DNA from: Paramicrosporidium saccamoebae KSL3
Taxonomy: Eukaryota > Fungi > Cryptomycota
NCBI GenBank assembly: GCA_002794465.1
Contig: MTSL01000124.1
Location: 1-30,389 of the forward strand
Reading direction: 5' to 3'
DNA length: 30,389 bases
The notes under the pieces are model-generated. The model had not been told where the DNA came from. It saw only the letters and a list, made by a program, of their open reading frames with translations, and searched no databases. Every line of letters begins with the position of its first letter. Position 1 is the first letter of the stretch. A program made the position numbers and the translations under genes. Shown here piece after piece: positions 20,201 through 27,857 of this stretch.

Positions 20201-20371
20201 GCCTTCAAGGAAGGAAAACTCACCTTCAGCATATGCTTCATCTGCAAATATATCTTCATATGGCTCGAGGCCTTTTGACCAATTGTCCTGCGCAAAAAAA
20301 TCGTCTAGAAAACTTTCTGGTAGCGCAGACTGGATGCTCCCTGCAAATACGAGGAACCAAAGGAAAATCAT
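17240..20371 (-). CDS. Array member A: putative secreted protein with 3 repeat domains and a 9-aa tandem repeat, 1043 aa
   Basis: Leader MIFLWFLVFAGSIQS; domains start near 19815, 19070 and 18145; KRRRRR in the second linker. Confidence 0.88.
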   Translation of the reverse strand: MIFLWFLVFAGSIQSALPESFLDDFFAQDNWSKGLEPYEDIFADEAYAEGEFSFLEGVRERKEPEGTRERKEPEGVREHKELEGAREHKELEGARERKEPVPNHSTLQKDTLSPWEQPLLADVEPPRDERHLFPSIQQQQEAEPWVCPPAATRMTNPPSNTSVPYQPPASSSGTLPPGPEERVNWFLEDGKPFVDFQANTMGTQSSAVFSQISYYGAIKPGNLLSYMFGSNAAMGYRATRDRILLLDGYKANNPAGESLFSAWAADNLNEAALKSEPFRRAGYPLISDGLVVTFNARGQLVIVSYGKPPLGAALLRPNGRMLTFIVRSSDDTIKTKSVQTGDIVIVGPLDLILPLKRGFCQLYATSTPEEMAKSVHGVISDKSLYIVATILTKQIPQAKETVRELEKSSGLVTHQPFRPSSVPSPTKSAERALWFLEGSNHYKDHHIGTQDTTSLTVFGYRLYEGAVENDRRLFYMTGSNTIMGYQVTQDRILVSNGYHANSPARESLFMWGANALREATMDVKELCKNYVVGSDGLIVILRPNNQLVMASYGKPPLAAALFRLVGRTFKLVSGTTGDDIINVGNVKHGDFVVVGPRDKILQLESGALKFKLSDTFDEVATALHNPETDKSFCIIASISINQSLHLKKLGIKSDYSPVPQYTLMKRRRRRLPGNRPSARALPNHTPIDSPFETSQPFLQDNSRERANPYTSAATPHQEMSNSSRLVTHQPSSPPSVAERALWFLEGRSCHKNFQTSIQDTTSSTVFGHRFYKGVVGLEKHPFHMAGSDSAMGYQVAQDRILVSDGYRANSPARENILTWGTNALSEATMEIQEFCRKYTLGTDGLIVALRANNQLLMISYGKPPLGAILLRPDGERLKFNARSSDNTVDVENVQNGDFAIIGPLNSISKLELGTLQLKTSDTPGEIAEKVYGSTLSKSLCIVAVISNNPTPQSRETNDSPRHSPAPNGKTVERVGNPSPISPQQKNVQPVLVSNDSSFEGLRASSQASGQDQSRPRTRAYTLRKAAKASGLATHRPPSPSNKK
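20073..20207 (-). repeat. 5 x 27-bp coding minisatellite (EG[V/T/A]RE[R/H]KE[P/L])
   Basis: Plus-strand units (g/a)gttcttta(c/t)gctccctg(g/a)(c/t)gccttct start at 20073, 20100, 20127, 20154 and 20181, with no spacers. Confidence 0.97.
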
Positions 20372-20869
20372 TGATGGCCCCTGGTTGAATATTGGGATAC
20401 TAGCATTATAATTTGAGTTGACTCGACACCAACCAGGTATTTTGAAAAGATCCAGGAATATAGTGTTTGGTTCAGTAATACTGGACTAATTTTTGCTTGG
20501 ATGCGTCGCTACGGACTTTGTAAGACGGCTAGAGGGCTCTTATCGTGACTTTGTGAGCCCTCTTATAGGTTCAATACTAGCGTGGCAGTATTTATATAGA
20601 GTTAGCGACAATATTCCCACTACACGCCTTTATCTTTCTCTTTAATAACGGGTTAATTCTGAGTATTTAACCTGCTGATCTGCCCATTACATTACAGGAT
20701 GGATTTAATACTTTATAAATAGTCACCAAATTGACCTTGTTGCTGCAGACGGGTTGCTCAATTTTGAGTCGTAGTACACTACTAATTATCTATGCTGTTG
20801 CCAGCTTTAGTAAAAACCCTGGCGGCCCCTTATGTGCTAACGTTTACAATTTGAATAATCTTTCTTCAC

Positions 20870-21463
20870 ATGGTCTACTTTGACCTGCATGACATTTTGT
20901 GTGAGGAACAGCCGGTGAAGCTTCTGTTTACACAGGACGTGCCGTGGACCGGTCAGTTGGCCCTCTCAGACGACACTGTCTCCACCGACACTCTCATCCC
21001 GCGCGGCACTGTCCTCCAAATGCCGCTTTGGCTCGCGCGCTCCCTCCACACCACAGGCCTCGCCAACATTCTCGCCCCCCGACAATTCTCCACCCGCATG
21101 CGTGCTGACCTGGCTGCCGATGCGACGGCAGTGAATCTGCGGGATCTGGCCACCTATTGGTATCGACTGGGCGCCAAGATGGCGGGGATTCTACCAGCCG
21201 AGAACATTCCGAGAGTGATGGCAGCGGCATTGGCAGGTCGGTTAATCTTCCTAGGAAGGGCAATTTTCGCTCCCTCTGAGGGCTCTAAAGATCCCCACCA
21301 AACTATTTTTGGCGGTGCAAACAGCGGTCTGGCCACGCTGGATCACACTGAACAAGCAATATATACGGCAACCATTGCCGCTAGAAAGGACACTGATGGT
21401 TGGGCAAGTCGGTCCAATACCCTTTTAAAACCACTTGATCTATATAATGAGCTAAAGTACTAA
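20870..21463 (+). CDS. PSF3: GINS complex subunit Psf3
   Basis: MVYFDLHDILCEE...IPRGTVLQMPLWLA...L.ADA..VNLR...Y.Y matches the Psf3 N-terminal YxDxxDIL and LPLWLA motifs; 197 aa is the typical size. Confidence 0.88.
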   Translation: MVYFDLHDILCEEQPVKLLFTQDVPWTGQLALSDDTVSTDTLIPRGTVLQMPLWLARSLHTTGLANILAPRQFSTRMRADLAADATAVNLRDLATYWYRLGAKMAGILPAENIPRVMAAALAGRLIFLGRAIFAPSEGSKDPHQTIFGGANSGLATLDHTEQAIYTATIAARKDTDGWASRSNTLLKPLDLYNELKY

Positions 21464-21683
21464 ACCATTCCGTCAAGAATGTATGTGAATAATTATATGT
21501 TTGTGCCGGTTAATTCGAACCTTTGTCAATCGAGTCAGTTTGCCAATCGTGTCACATTTTGTCACTCCAAACTTTTGTCAATCGAAGCACGTGCCCCACT
21601 TTTATGATTACTACACACTTTTGTCATCCCCTCCTCACACCATCATGCTCCCAACACATCACCCTCACACCCTCGCACTTAGA

Positions 21684-23909
21684 TCATGTTACTAAGAGAC
21701 GATAGCCGGTAGACTTTTTCAACAGGTATCCATTCTCATTCAATGCATCAAGTAGTTCCCCGAAAGGAAGCTCGGTAATCTTCAAGACATCAAATAGGGC
21801 CTGGAGCTGTTGGGTGGTAAATTCCGTCTCTCCAGTCCTTGAACTAATCTTGATCAGCTCACTGACAAACTTTTTCATTCCCCCCGTCTTGCTGCCTTTT
21901 CTAATTTTGGTTGTGGAGACGGTCTGTACCGTGTCCGCAGTGCAGAACGTAACCAGTTCAATGACCTCATGGGCATCTTGGGCACTGACAAAATTGCGCA
22001 ATTCCATTTTGGCGCGTGCCTCGGATAGACGGATCATTGATTCCAAGTGGCGGGTTGTGATGGGAAGAGTTTCGTCGGGAATGTGCTTTTTCCGCATGTC
22101 CAAGTAGAATTCCTGCAATATTATGGCTGCTTCTTCGGTCATGCGCGGAGTTATCTTTTGTCTTGCATATGAAATATAATGTCTGAGAAGAGATTCATCA
22201 ATGGTGCCGATTGGATGTTTTGGATCAAGGAGCTCTCTAAGGGTGGTTGGCGCCTGAGTGACTTGAGTGAGTAGGACGGTGGCGGACCGGAGTTGGCCTT
22301 TTTCAGATTTGACACTTCCAAGCACATGTTCAGAGAGAACTTTGTCCATGTCAGCATTGGGCTTGTCCAGCAATACAAAGATGAGATCAAATCGAGAGAG
22401 CAGCGCCGAGTCCATTTTGAGGTTCTCCACAACCGACTTTTCCTTGCTGTAATGTCCGCCCACCGGGTTAGCAGCCGCAAGGATGGAGGTTCTGGCCGGA
22501 AGGGTGCAGACAATTCCGGCCTTTGCCACATTGACAGTTTGTTGCTCCATGACATCGAGTAGGGATCGCCAACTGTCTCCAATAATTTTGTCAAACTCGT
22601 CAATGCAACAACACCCTTGATCTGCAAGAACCAATGCTCCCGCCTCCAGCGATCCATCCTGCACGGCAGCTGTCAGACCCACCGCCGTTGAAGTGTTTGC
22701 ACAGACATAGACGGCACGTGGGGCCACCAGAGATGCAAAAGTCAACAGTTGTGATTTTCCCAGTCCGGGATCACCGACCACGAGAATGTGAGGATCGGAG
22801 CGGACTGAGAGTGCCGCAGCGTCAATTTGGGAACTGCGTCGACTCCCTCCAAACAGTCCCAGTAGTAGTCCCATTTTGACGAGCTCATTGCCGTAAATAT
22901 GTGGACAAAAAGATCTAACCAATGTTTGCAGGGTCGTTTTGCTATTTGCGACCGACATGATTTCTTGCAACCGTTGCTCCGGAACGTCAATCGCCTTTAC
23001 TGGAACTCCAAGAGTGGCGTCCATGGACTTTATCTTTTGCACTGAGACGGCGTCAATGTACAGAGATGAGGGACCGGGCTTGTCAGTGGGATCGCCTGCC
23101 TTGAGTATCCCCGACACTGTAACAACTTCTCCAGGAACCACTGAATCCACCAGATCGCTGGATAATTCAATGTCAATGACTCGGGGAATCCGTCCTTCTT
23201 CGTCCGCATTGTCCAGAGTGGACATTTCCTGAATCTTGATTTTCTGCAAATTGATACACTTTGTCATGGATGACTCTCGTTCAGCCACAAAGCTTTTGGA
23301 CATGCAATGGGATGTTGGACATTTACTCGGAGTCCGATACAAACCATCTTTGATGGACAGGACAAGGGACTGTTGACATTTGAGACATCGGAAGCTCAGC
23401 TGGGTTGGATGTGGGCGGACGGACGACACGCGCACAACATTCCCCCGAACGGTGATGAATCGACCAATTTGGAATGCCTTTAGATCCCGAAACTGTTGAC
23501 TTGGGCCATGGCCGTACAGTCGCACTGACCACTTGAATGGTTTGGTCCCAATTGGCTGCTTCTCATAATAAATCTCGGTAGATGACACTCCCAATGCAGC
23601 CAAAAGTGACTCGGGTGCTTGTTCTAATAGTCTATTGAATACTCCCTCGCCAAGGGATGGTAATAATTGCCCACACTCGAAGCGGATACAGTTCAAACTG
23701 CCGTCCTAACATGAGTGTGTCTAGCTTGGTAGTTACATAGTTGAGGAGATGTTCATGGTGTCTAAGGTAGCTCAGCAGTTGCATGCAAATTAACACAAAC
23801 TCGTCTCGAGGCTGGTAAGCTAGAGATTACGGGTCTTTCCTCGCAATAGTGTACGCTTGTCGACAAAATAAAGACACCACGTCCGAAGGGGCGCTTCGAC
23901 GGACGGCAT
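21684..23909 (-). CDS. MCM8: MCM8 helicase, 719 aa, 3 exons
   Basis: Exons 23909-23855, 23819-23737 and 23705-21684. Introns are 35 nt (GTACAC...CTCTAG) and 31 nt (GTAACT...TGTTAG), and exon lengths sum to 2160 nt. Splicing restores the MCM8-like WCLYF N-terminal motif. Also present: C4 zinc finger (CLKC...CPTSHC), Walker A GDPGLGKSQ (MCM8 type), Walker B CIDEFDK, arginine finger SRFD, and ITTRHLESMIRL. Confidence 0.9.
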
Positions 23910-23918
23910 TGGAGCTGC

Positions 23919-23930
23919 GATTGGCCAATC
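23919..23930. promoter_or_regulatory. Palindromic double CCAAT box in a 51-bp divergent intergenic gap
   Basis: GATTGGCCAATC is a perfect 12-bp palindrome between the MCM8 ATG (23909, -) and the Ubl-RhoGAP ATG (23961, +). Confidence 0.55.
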
Positions 23931-23960
23931 GAGTCGGGAATTGCCGCCAGCCACTGGCAG

Positions 23961-25929
23961 ATGGAGTCGTCTGAACAACAGTCCTGCGAGTCTCCAGAAA
24001 ATAATGGTCCGATAGCCGAGTCATTCTTGGAAGAGCCGGCAGGGTTGGAGTCGAATGTCGAGCAGCCATGTAATCCCAATGTCAAGATTACCATATTTGC
24101 CGAGATTCCCACACAACATGTCAAAAAGGGGATTAGATTGCTTCCCACCCAGACTCTTGCCAGTTTTATTGCCAAATTGCAAAAGAAGAAGATAATTAAC
24201 GGCGGTAGTAGCGGCGCTGGCGGTGGTGGCGGTGGTAGTGGCGGTAGCGAGATTTCCATTTTGCATGTTTCTCATAATGGTAATGGCGAGTCTAGACGAC
24301 TCTCTATGGATTCGGATTCGTCTCAAACTATTTGGGAGCTTGGAATTAGAGATCAGGTTACAGTGCTGGGTAGGTGCTTATCTATAGGATTGGTTGACAA
24401 TATTATTTGGCTCCGCCACTGACTTGGTAGAGGTGGAGAAACCATCATCTTCCAAGAAGAAAGAGTCACTGTTGAACAGGTTTCGGAGCGCCGCTGCCAA
24501 GACATTGCGCACCAGTGCCAATTCTATTCCAACGCCAAAAGACGAAGAGCCGCTTGGCATTTTGTTTGGAATTCAATTGGAAATTGTTGCTGACATGGGA
24601 CCGCCTCTAATGTCTGCTCCGGGAATACCAGCGTTCATGTCCTCGGCATTTGAATTTTTAAAGACATTTGAGAGTAAAGAGGAGGGACTATTTCGCTTGT
24701 CAGGCTCAGCATCGACGATCAAGACGTATAAGAAAGTTATTGATCGGGGAGAGCAGATTGAGTGGCAGGCTGGTCGTGACGCCCACAATGCCACCGGACT
24801 GATCAAAATGTATCTGCGAGAGCTCCCTGAACCGCTTTTGACCTTTTCCCTGTTTGGTCACTTTTGCTCCGCAGTACAATGTACTGATCGCAAACTCACA
24901 GGAGAGCTCTTCAAGTCTCTGCTGTCAGTGATACCAATGGTCAATTACAACCTGCTCAAATTTATCATTACAGAATTGGTGGAGATTAGCAAATTTGAGG
25001 AACACACCAAGATGGGAGTAACCAATTTGGCAACTTTGTTTGGTCCCAACCTTGGAAGGCCAGCAGAGTCTATTTTCGATCAAGCCGAGATGCTTCAGTG
25101 CGCATCTAGGGCATCGGCGATTACCTGCTTCATGCTGCGCAACGCCCATCTAGTTTTTGACCAGGCCCTTGATGACACATTCAAGTCCTTTGCAGTGGCC
25201 ACTTTTGATTATTCTCCAACCGAGGGCGATGAGCTCTCTTTGCACGTGGGCGAGGCAATATTTGTGACTGATTGTGAAGACGGAGACGGATGGTGGACAG
25301 GCCAGGCTGTAGACGAGACGGGAAATATCAAGTCTGGAAAGTTTCCCAGCAATTACGTCACAGTATCGAGACAGAATGATGCTGTGATCTCTATGAGCAG
25401 CTGTAATCTTGGAATGTCTCGTTCCAGTGAAGCATTAGTAATCAGCACGCCTGAGCTAAGGATTGATGATTTTCTTGCACCCGGGCCGGTACTAGATATT
25501 CCCGAGGGCGAGGAGCCTCCAATTCTTGAAGAGTCTCCAATTCCTGGGGATTATTCGATTCCCGATGGTTCTCTACTCCCCATCGATTCTTCGATCCCCG
25601 ATGATTCTCTACTCCCCGTCGATTCTTCGATTCCCAATGATTCCCCACTCCCTGTCAATTCTTTGATACCCGAGGATATGGAGTCTCCAGTGGTCCCCGA
25701 TGATACGCAATCCCCCTTTCTTGATAACGATTCTGAAGCGCAAGATTCATCGCTGAGGCCCATCTCCGGCAATCGTCTCCTATCTTTGGAGATGGAATTG
25801 GCGTCGCTAAAGTTGCAGCTTGCAGAGGAGAGTAAGAAACGTCAGGAATTGGCCGCCATCATCCCAGAACTTGTAAAAAATCAGGATGAAGTTTTGAAAT
25901 TGCTCCAGACTCTTAATGAAAGTAAATAA
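23961..25929 (+). CDS. Ubiquitin-like domain + RhoGAP + SH3 + acidic/Pro repeats + coiled-coil protein, 645 aa, 2 exons
   Basis: Exon 1 23961-24356, 31-nt intron 24357-24387 (GTTACA...CTATAG), exon 2 24388-25929. The join reads TIWELGIRDQ|DWLTIL. RhoGAP motifs EEGLFRLSG (arginine finger), LIKMYLRELPEPLLT, KMGVTNLATLFGPNL; SH3 motifs ATFDYSPTEGDELSL...DGWWTG...GKFPSNYV. The Ubl call and the intron are less certain than RhoGAP/SH3. Confidence 0.82.
25555..25677 (+). repeat. 3.4 x 36-bp coding repeat (SIPD[G/D]SLLP[I/V]DS)
   Basis: Units start at 25555, 25591 and 25627, with a partial unit at 25663, in the RhoGAP gene tail. Confidence 0.92.
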
Positions 25930-25955
25930 ACCATCAGAGTCGGATCACTCGAGTC

Positions 25956-27698
25956 ATGCCTGGTGATTTATTGTCCGGGATGACTATGGTTGTCGGGACG
26001 ACCGGGGTCAGAATGAAGTTGCTTGTGGACCCGGAACAGGTCTGGTGGGAGATTCCCACTCCGGATGAATCCAGCGCCAAAAAGTACTGCTCCAAAATGA
26101 CGGATGCAGCCAAGAGTGCAGTCCGTTCGCGTGCCTCGGCTCTGTATGAGGAGCAGGCCAAAAAGTACCAACTGCAAAAGGAAATGTCTCCCGCTGACCG
26201 TCACTGGCTCCAGACTGTCCTCAAAGAGGGAACACAGAGCGACAAAATCTCGACAATGCTCCTTCAGGCCCGCGAGTGTCCGTTTTACAGCCTGGACTGG
26301 ATTACGCAGCTCCTGGCCATGGCCAGCAGCACATCCCGCCACGAGTCATACCCTGCGATGGAGTCCCTGCGAGATATCTTTGTTCTGGTACTTCCCCCAA
26401 AGAGTTCGGGTCGTTCATTAACTATGTGGCAAGGACGATACATTACGGATAACAAAGACTTGACACCCTCTTCGTTCCTGGTGGTGGCCTATTTCGAAGA
26501 TATGCTTCGAAGGGCATATGTGGAGTATCTCAAGATTTTGGAGATTATGATTCATGACCAAGTCCAGAACGGAAGGGAACGAGCCATGCGCGTAGTCTTT
26601 GAACTATTGCTCGCTTACAAGTGCGAATTTACTGAAACTCTTTTGCAACTGTTGGTTAACAAGATTGGCGATCCCGACCGCAAAGTGGCGTCCCGAGTAA
26701 TCTATTACCTGCAAGGGGTTATCGAAAAATACGAAGAGTTGACGCTTCCCAGTGTAAAGGCTGTGCAGAACGAAGCCACACGGCCAAATGCGCCAAATGA
26801 CAAGTCTGCATTTTATGGACTGTTGTTCTTTTCGCAGGTTCGTCTTAACGAGAGTTCCCCAGAGGTAACCGAGGTCCTCTTGCAGACATATCAACACTTT
26901 TTGCAAATATTCCTCAAACAGCTCGAAGACGCGGCACGGAATAAGAAAAAGGCGCACAAGACTAAGAGACGGAAGGTGGATTCCGCAGAGGACGAGATTC
27001 CTCGAACAGTCCGAGTTGTTTTGTTGGGACTGACCCGTGCTATTCCCTTTGCCCGCTCAACGGGAGAGTCTGGCTTGGGTCAGTATGCCTCCAAGCTAAT
27101 CTCCATTGCGGGCAAGATTCGGTCGTTTCCGACTCTTCTGCAAGCTGCAAGTCTCATCTTTAAAATCTTTACGGAAGATTCGCTGGTCGATGAATCGTCG
27201 ATGCAGTTACTCGGAGAGCTTGTCAGCAAATATCTGCTGGATTATAACCGCATGGCTGATAATACTGCCTCCCATCCGCCATTGTTCAAGCTGCTCTATA
27301 AAATCTTTGCTGCTCTCGGCGATTCCAACAACCAAAAGGCGCTGGGATGTCTCCGTAGCATGGTAAAGTCGCTACTTGTCGTCTCCACCACCATGAGCAG
27401 TCCTTCATTTGCGGCTGCTGCCCTTTTACTCGTCAACGAGGCTATTGCAATGAAGCCTGGCCTCCGTCTTGCAATCAATTTCCCCGAGGATGAAGACTCG
27501 AGCGTCGAATCTGGACTGTTCTGGGAATTGAATATCTTGGCAAAACATTACCATCCCACTGTTGCTCGCTATGCAAAAACGTTGTTGCAACCCAACGGCG
27601 AAATTGATGTAGGAAAGGAACCTGAAGACCCATTTACCACCATGACCAATTCTGCATTTTTAGAGGCATTTATTAGCGGAGCTGTTAAATCTGTATGA
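25956..27698 (+). CDS. NOC1: Noc1/Mak21 (CEBPZ-like, CBF/Mak21 family) 60S ribosome biogenesis factor, compact form
   Basis: WLQTVLKEGTQSDKIS, LVNKIGDPDRKVASRVIYYL and LFWELNILAKHYHPTVARYA match Noc1/CEBPZ motifs. The true start may be the ATG at 26013 (MKLLVDPEQVWW). Confidence 0.85.
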   Translation: MPGDLLSGMTMVVGTTGVRMKLLVDPEQVWWEIPTPDESSAKKYCSKMTDAAKSAVRSRASALYEEQAKKYQLQKEMSPADRHWLQTVLKEGTQSDKISTMLLQARECPFYSLDWITQLLAMASSTSRHESYPAMESLRDIFVLVLPPKSSGRSLTMWQGRYITDNKDLTPSSFLVVAYFEDMLRRAYVEYLKILEIMIHDQVQNGRERAMRVVFELLLAYKCEFTETLLQLLVNKIGDPDRKVASRVIYYLQGVIEKYEELTLPSVKAVQNEATRPNAPNDKSAFYGLLFFSQVRLNESSPEVTEVLLQTYQHFLQIFLKQLEDAARNKKKAHKTKRRKVDSAEDEIPRTVRVVLLGLTRAIPFARSTGESGLGQYASKLISIAGKIRSFPTLLQAASLIFKIFTEDSLVDESSMQLLGELVSKYLLDYNRMADNTASHPPLFKLLYKIFAALGDSNNQKALGCLRSMVKSLLVVSTTMSSPSFAAAALLLVNEAIAMKPGLRLAINFPEDEDSSVESGLFWELNILAKHYHPTVARYAKTLLQPNGEIDVGKEPEDPFTTMTNSAFLEAFISGAVKSV

Positions 27699-27702
27699 GA
27701 GC

Positions 27703-27765
27703 TGCGAGGGTTGTGTTGGGGCTGTGTGAGGTTATGTGAGGCTTGTGTGGGGGTTGTGTGGAGGC
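27703..27765 (+). repeat. Degenerate GT-rich ~10-11-bp repeats just after the NOC1 stop
   Basis: tgcgaggg ttgtgttggg gctgtgtgag gttatgtgag gcttgtgtgg gggttgtgtg gagg. Confidence 0.7.
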
Positions 27766-27857
27766 TATATAGACCCTTTGGCCGTATACTCGTGAATAAT
27801 ATAGACTCTTATAAATGTTTATCCATACTAAAAGAGTAAATAATTATCTTTGGCGGG

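Larger units (their letters stand above)
1543..20371 (-). repeat. Tandem gene array with 16 copies of a ~610-nt (~200-aa) domain
   Basis: Recurring motif series AER..WF / S..VF...Y.G.VK / G.N..MGY..T.DRIL..DGY / DGL.VAL...NQLL.ASYG.PPLGA.L.RP / V..GD..I.GPL..I..L..G.L.L / KS.CIVATIS. Copies: F x4, D x2, C x2, B x2, A x3, plus one split, one decayed and one partial. Confidence 0.95.

Noticed and set aside
20073-20207. 27-bp repeats as a CRISPR array
   Set aside because: The units are contiguous with no unique spacers, in frame within a eukaryotic CDS, and there are no cas genes.
1543-20371. Array as a transposon or integrated virus
   Set aside because: No transposase, integrase, RT or capsid motifs were recognised, and no terminal inverted repeats or LTRs were seen.
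20531-20563. 9-bp inverted repeat (AGAGGGCTC...GAGCCCTCT) as a terminator
   Set aside because: Eukaryotic context, 15-nt loop, and it lies between divergent genes; compatible with chance.
20870-23909. PSF3-MCM8 adjacency as a replication gene cluster
   Set aside because: The genes are convergent with no shared promoter, and MCM8 is not part of the CMG helicase. Adjacency is plausible by chance in a dense genome.
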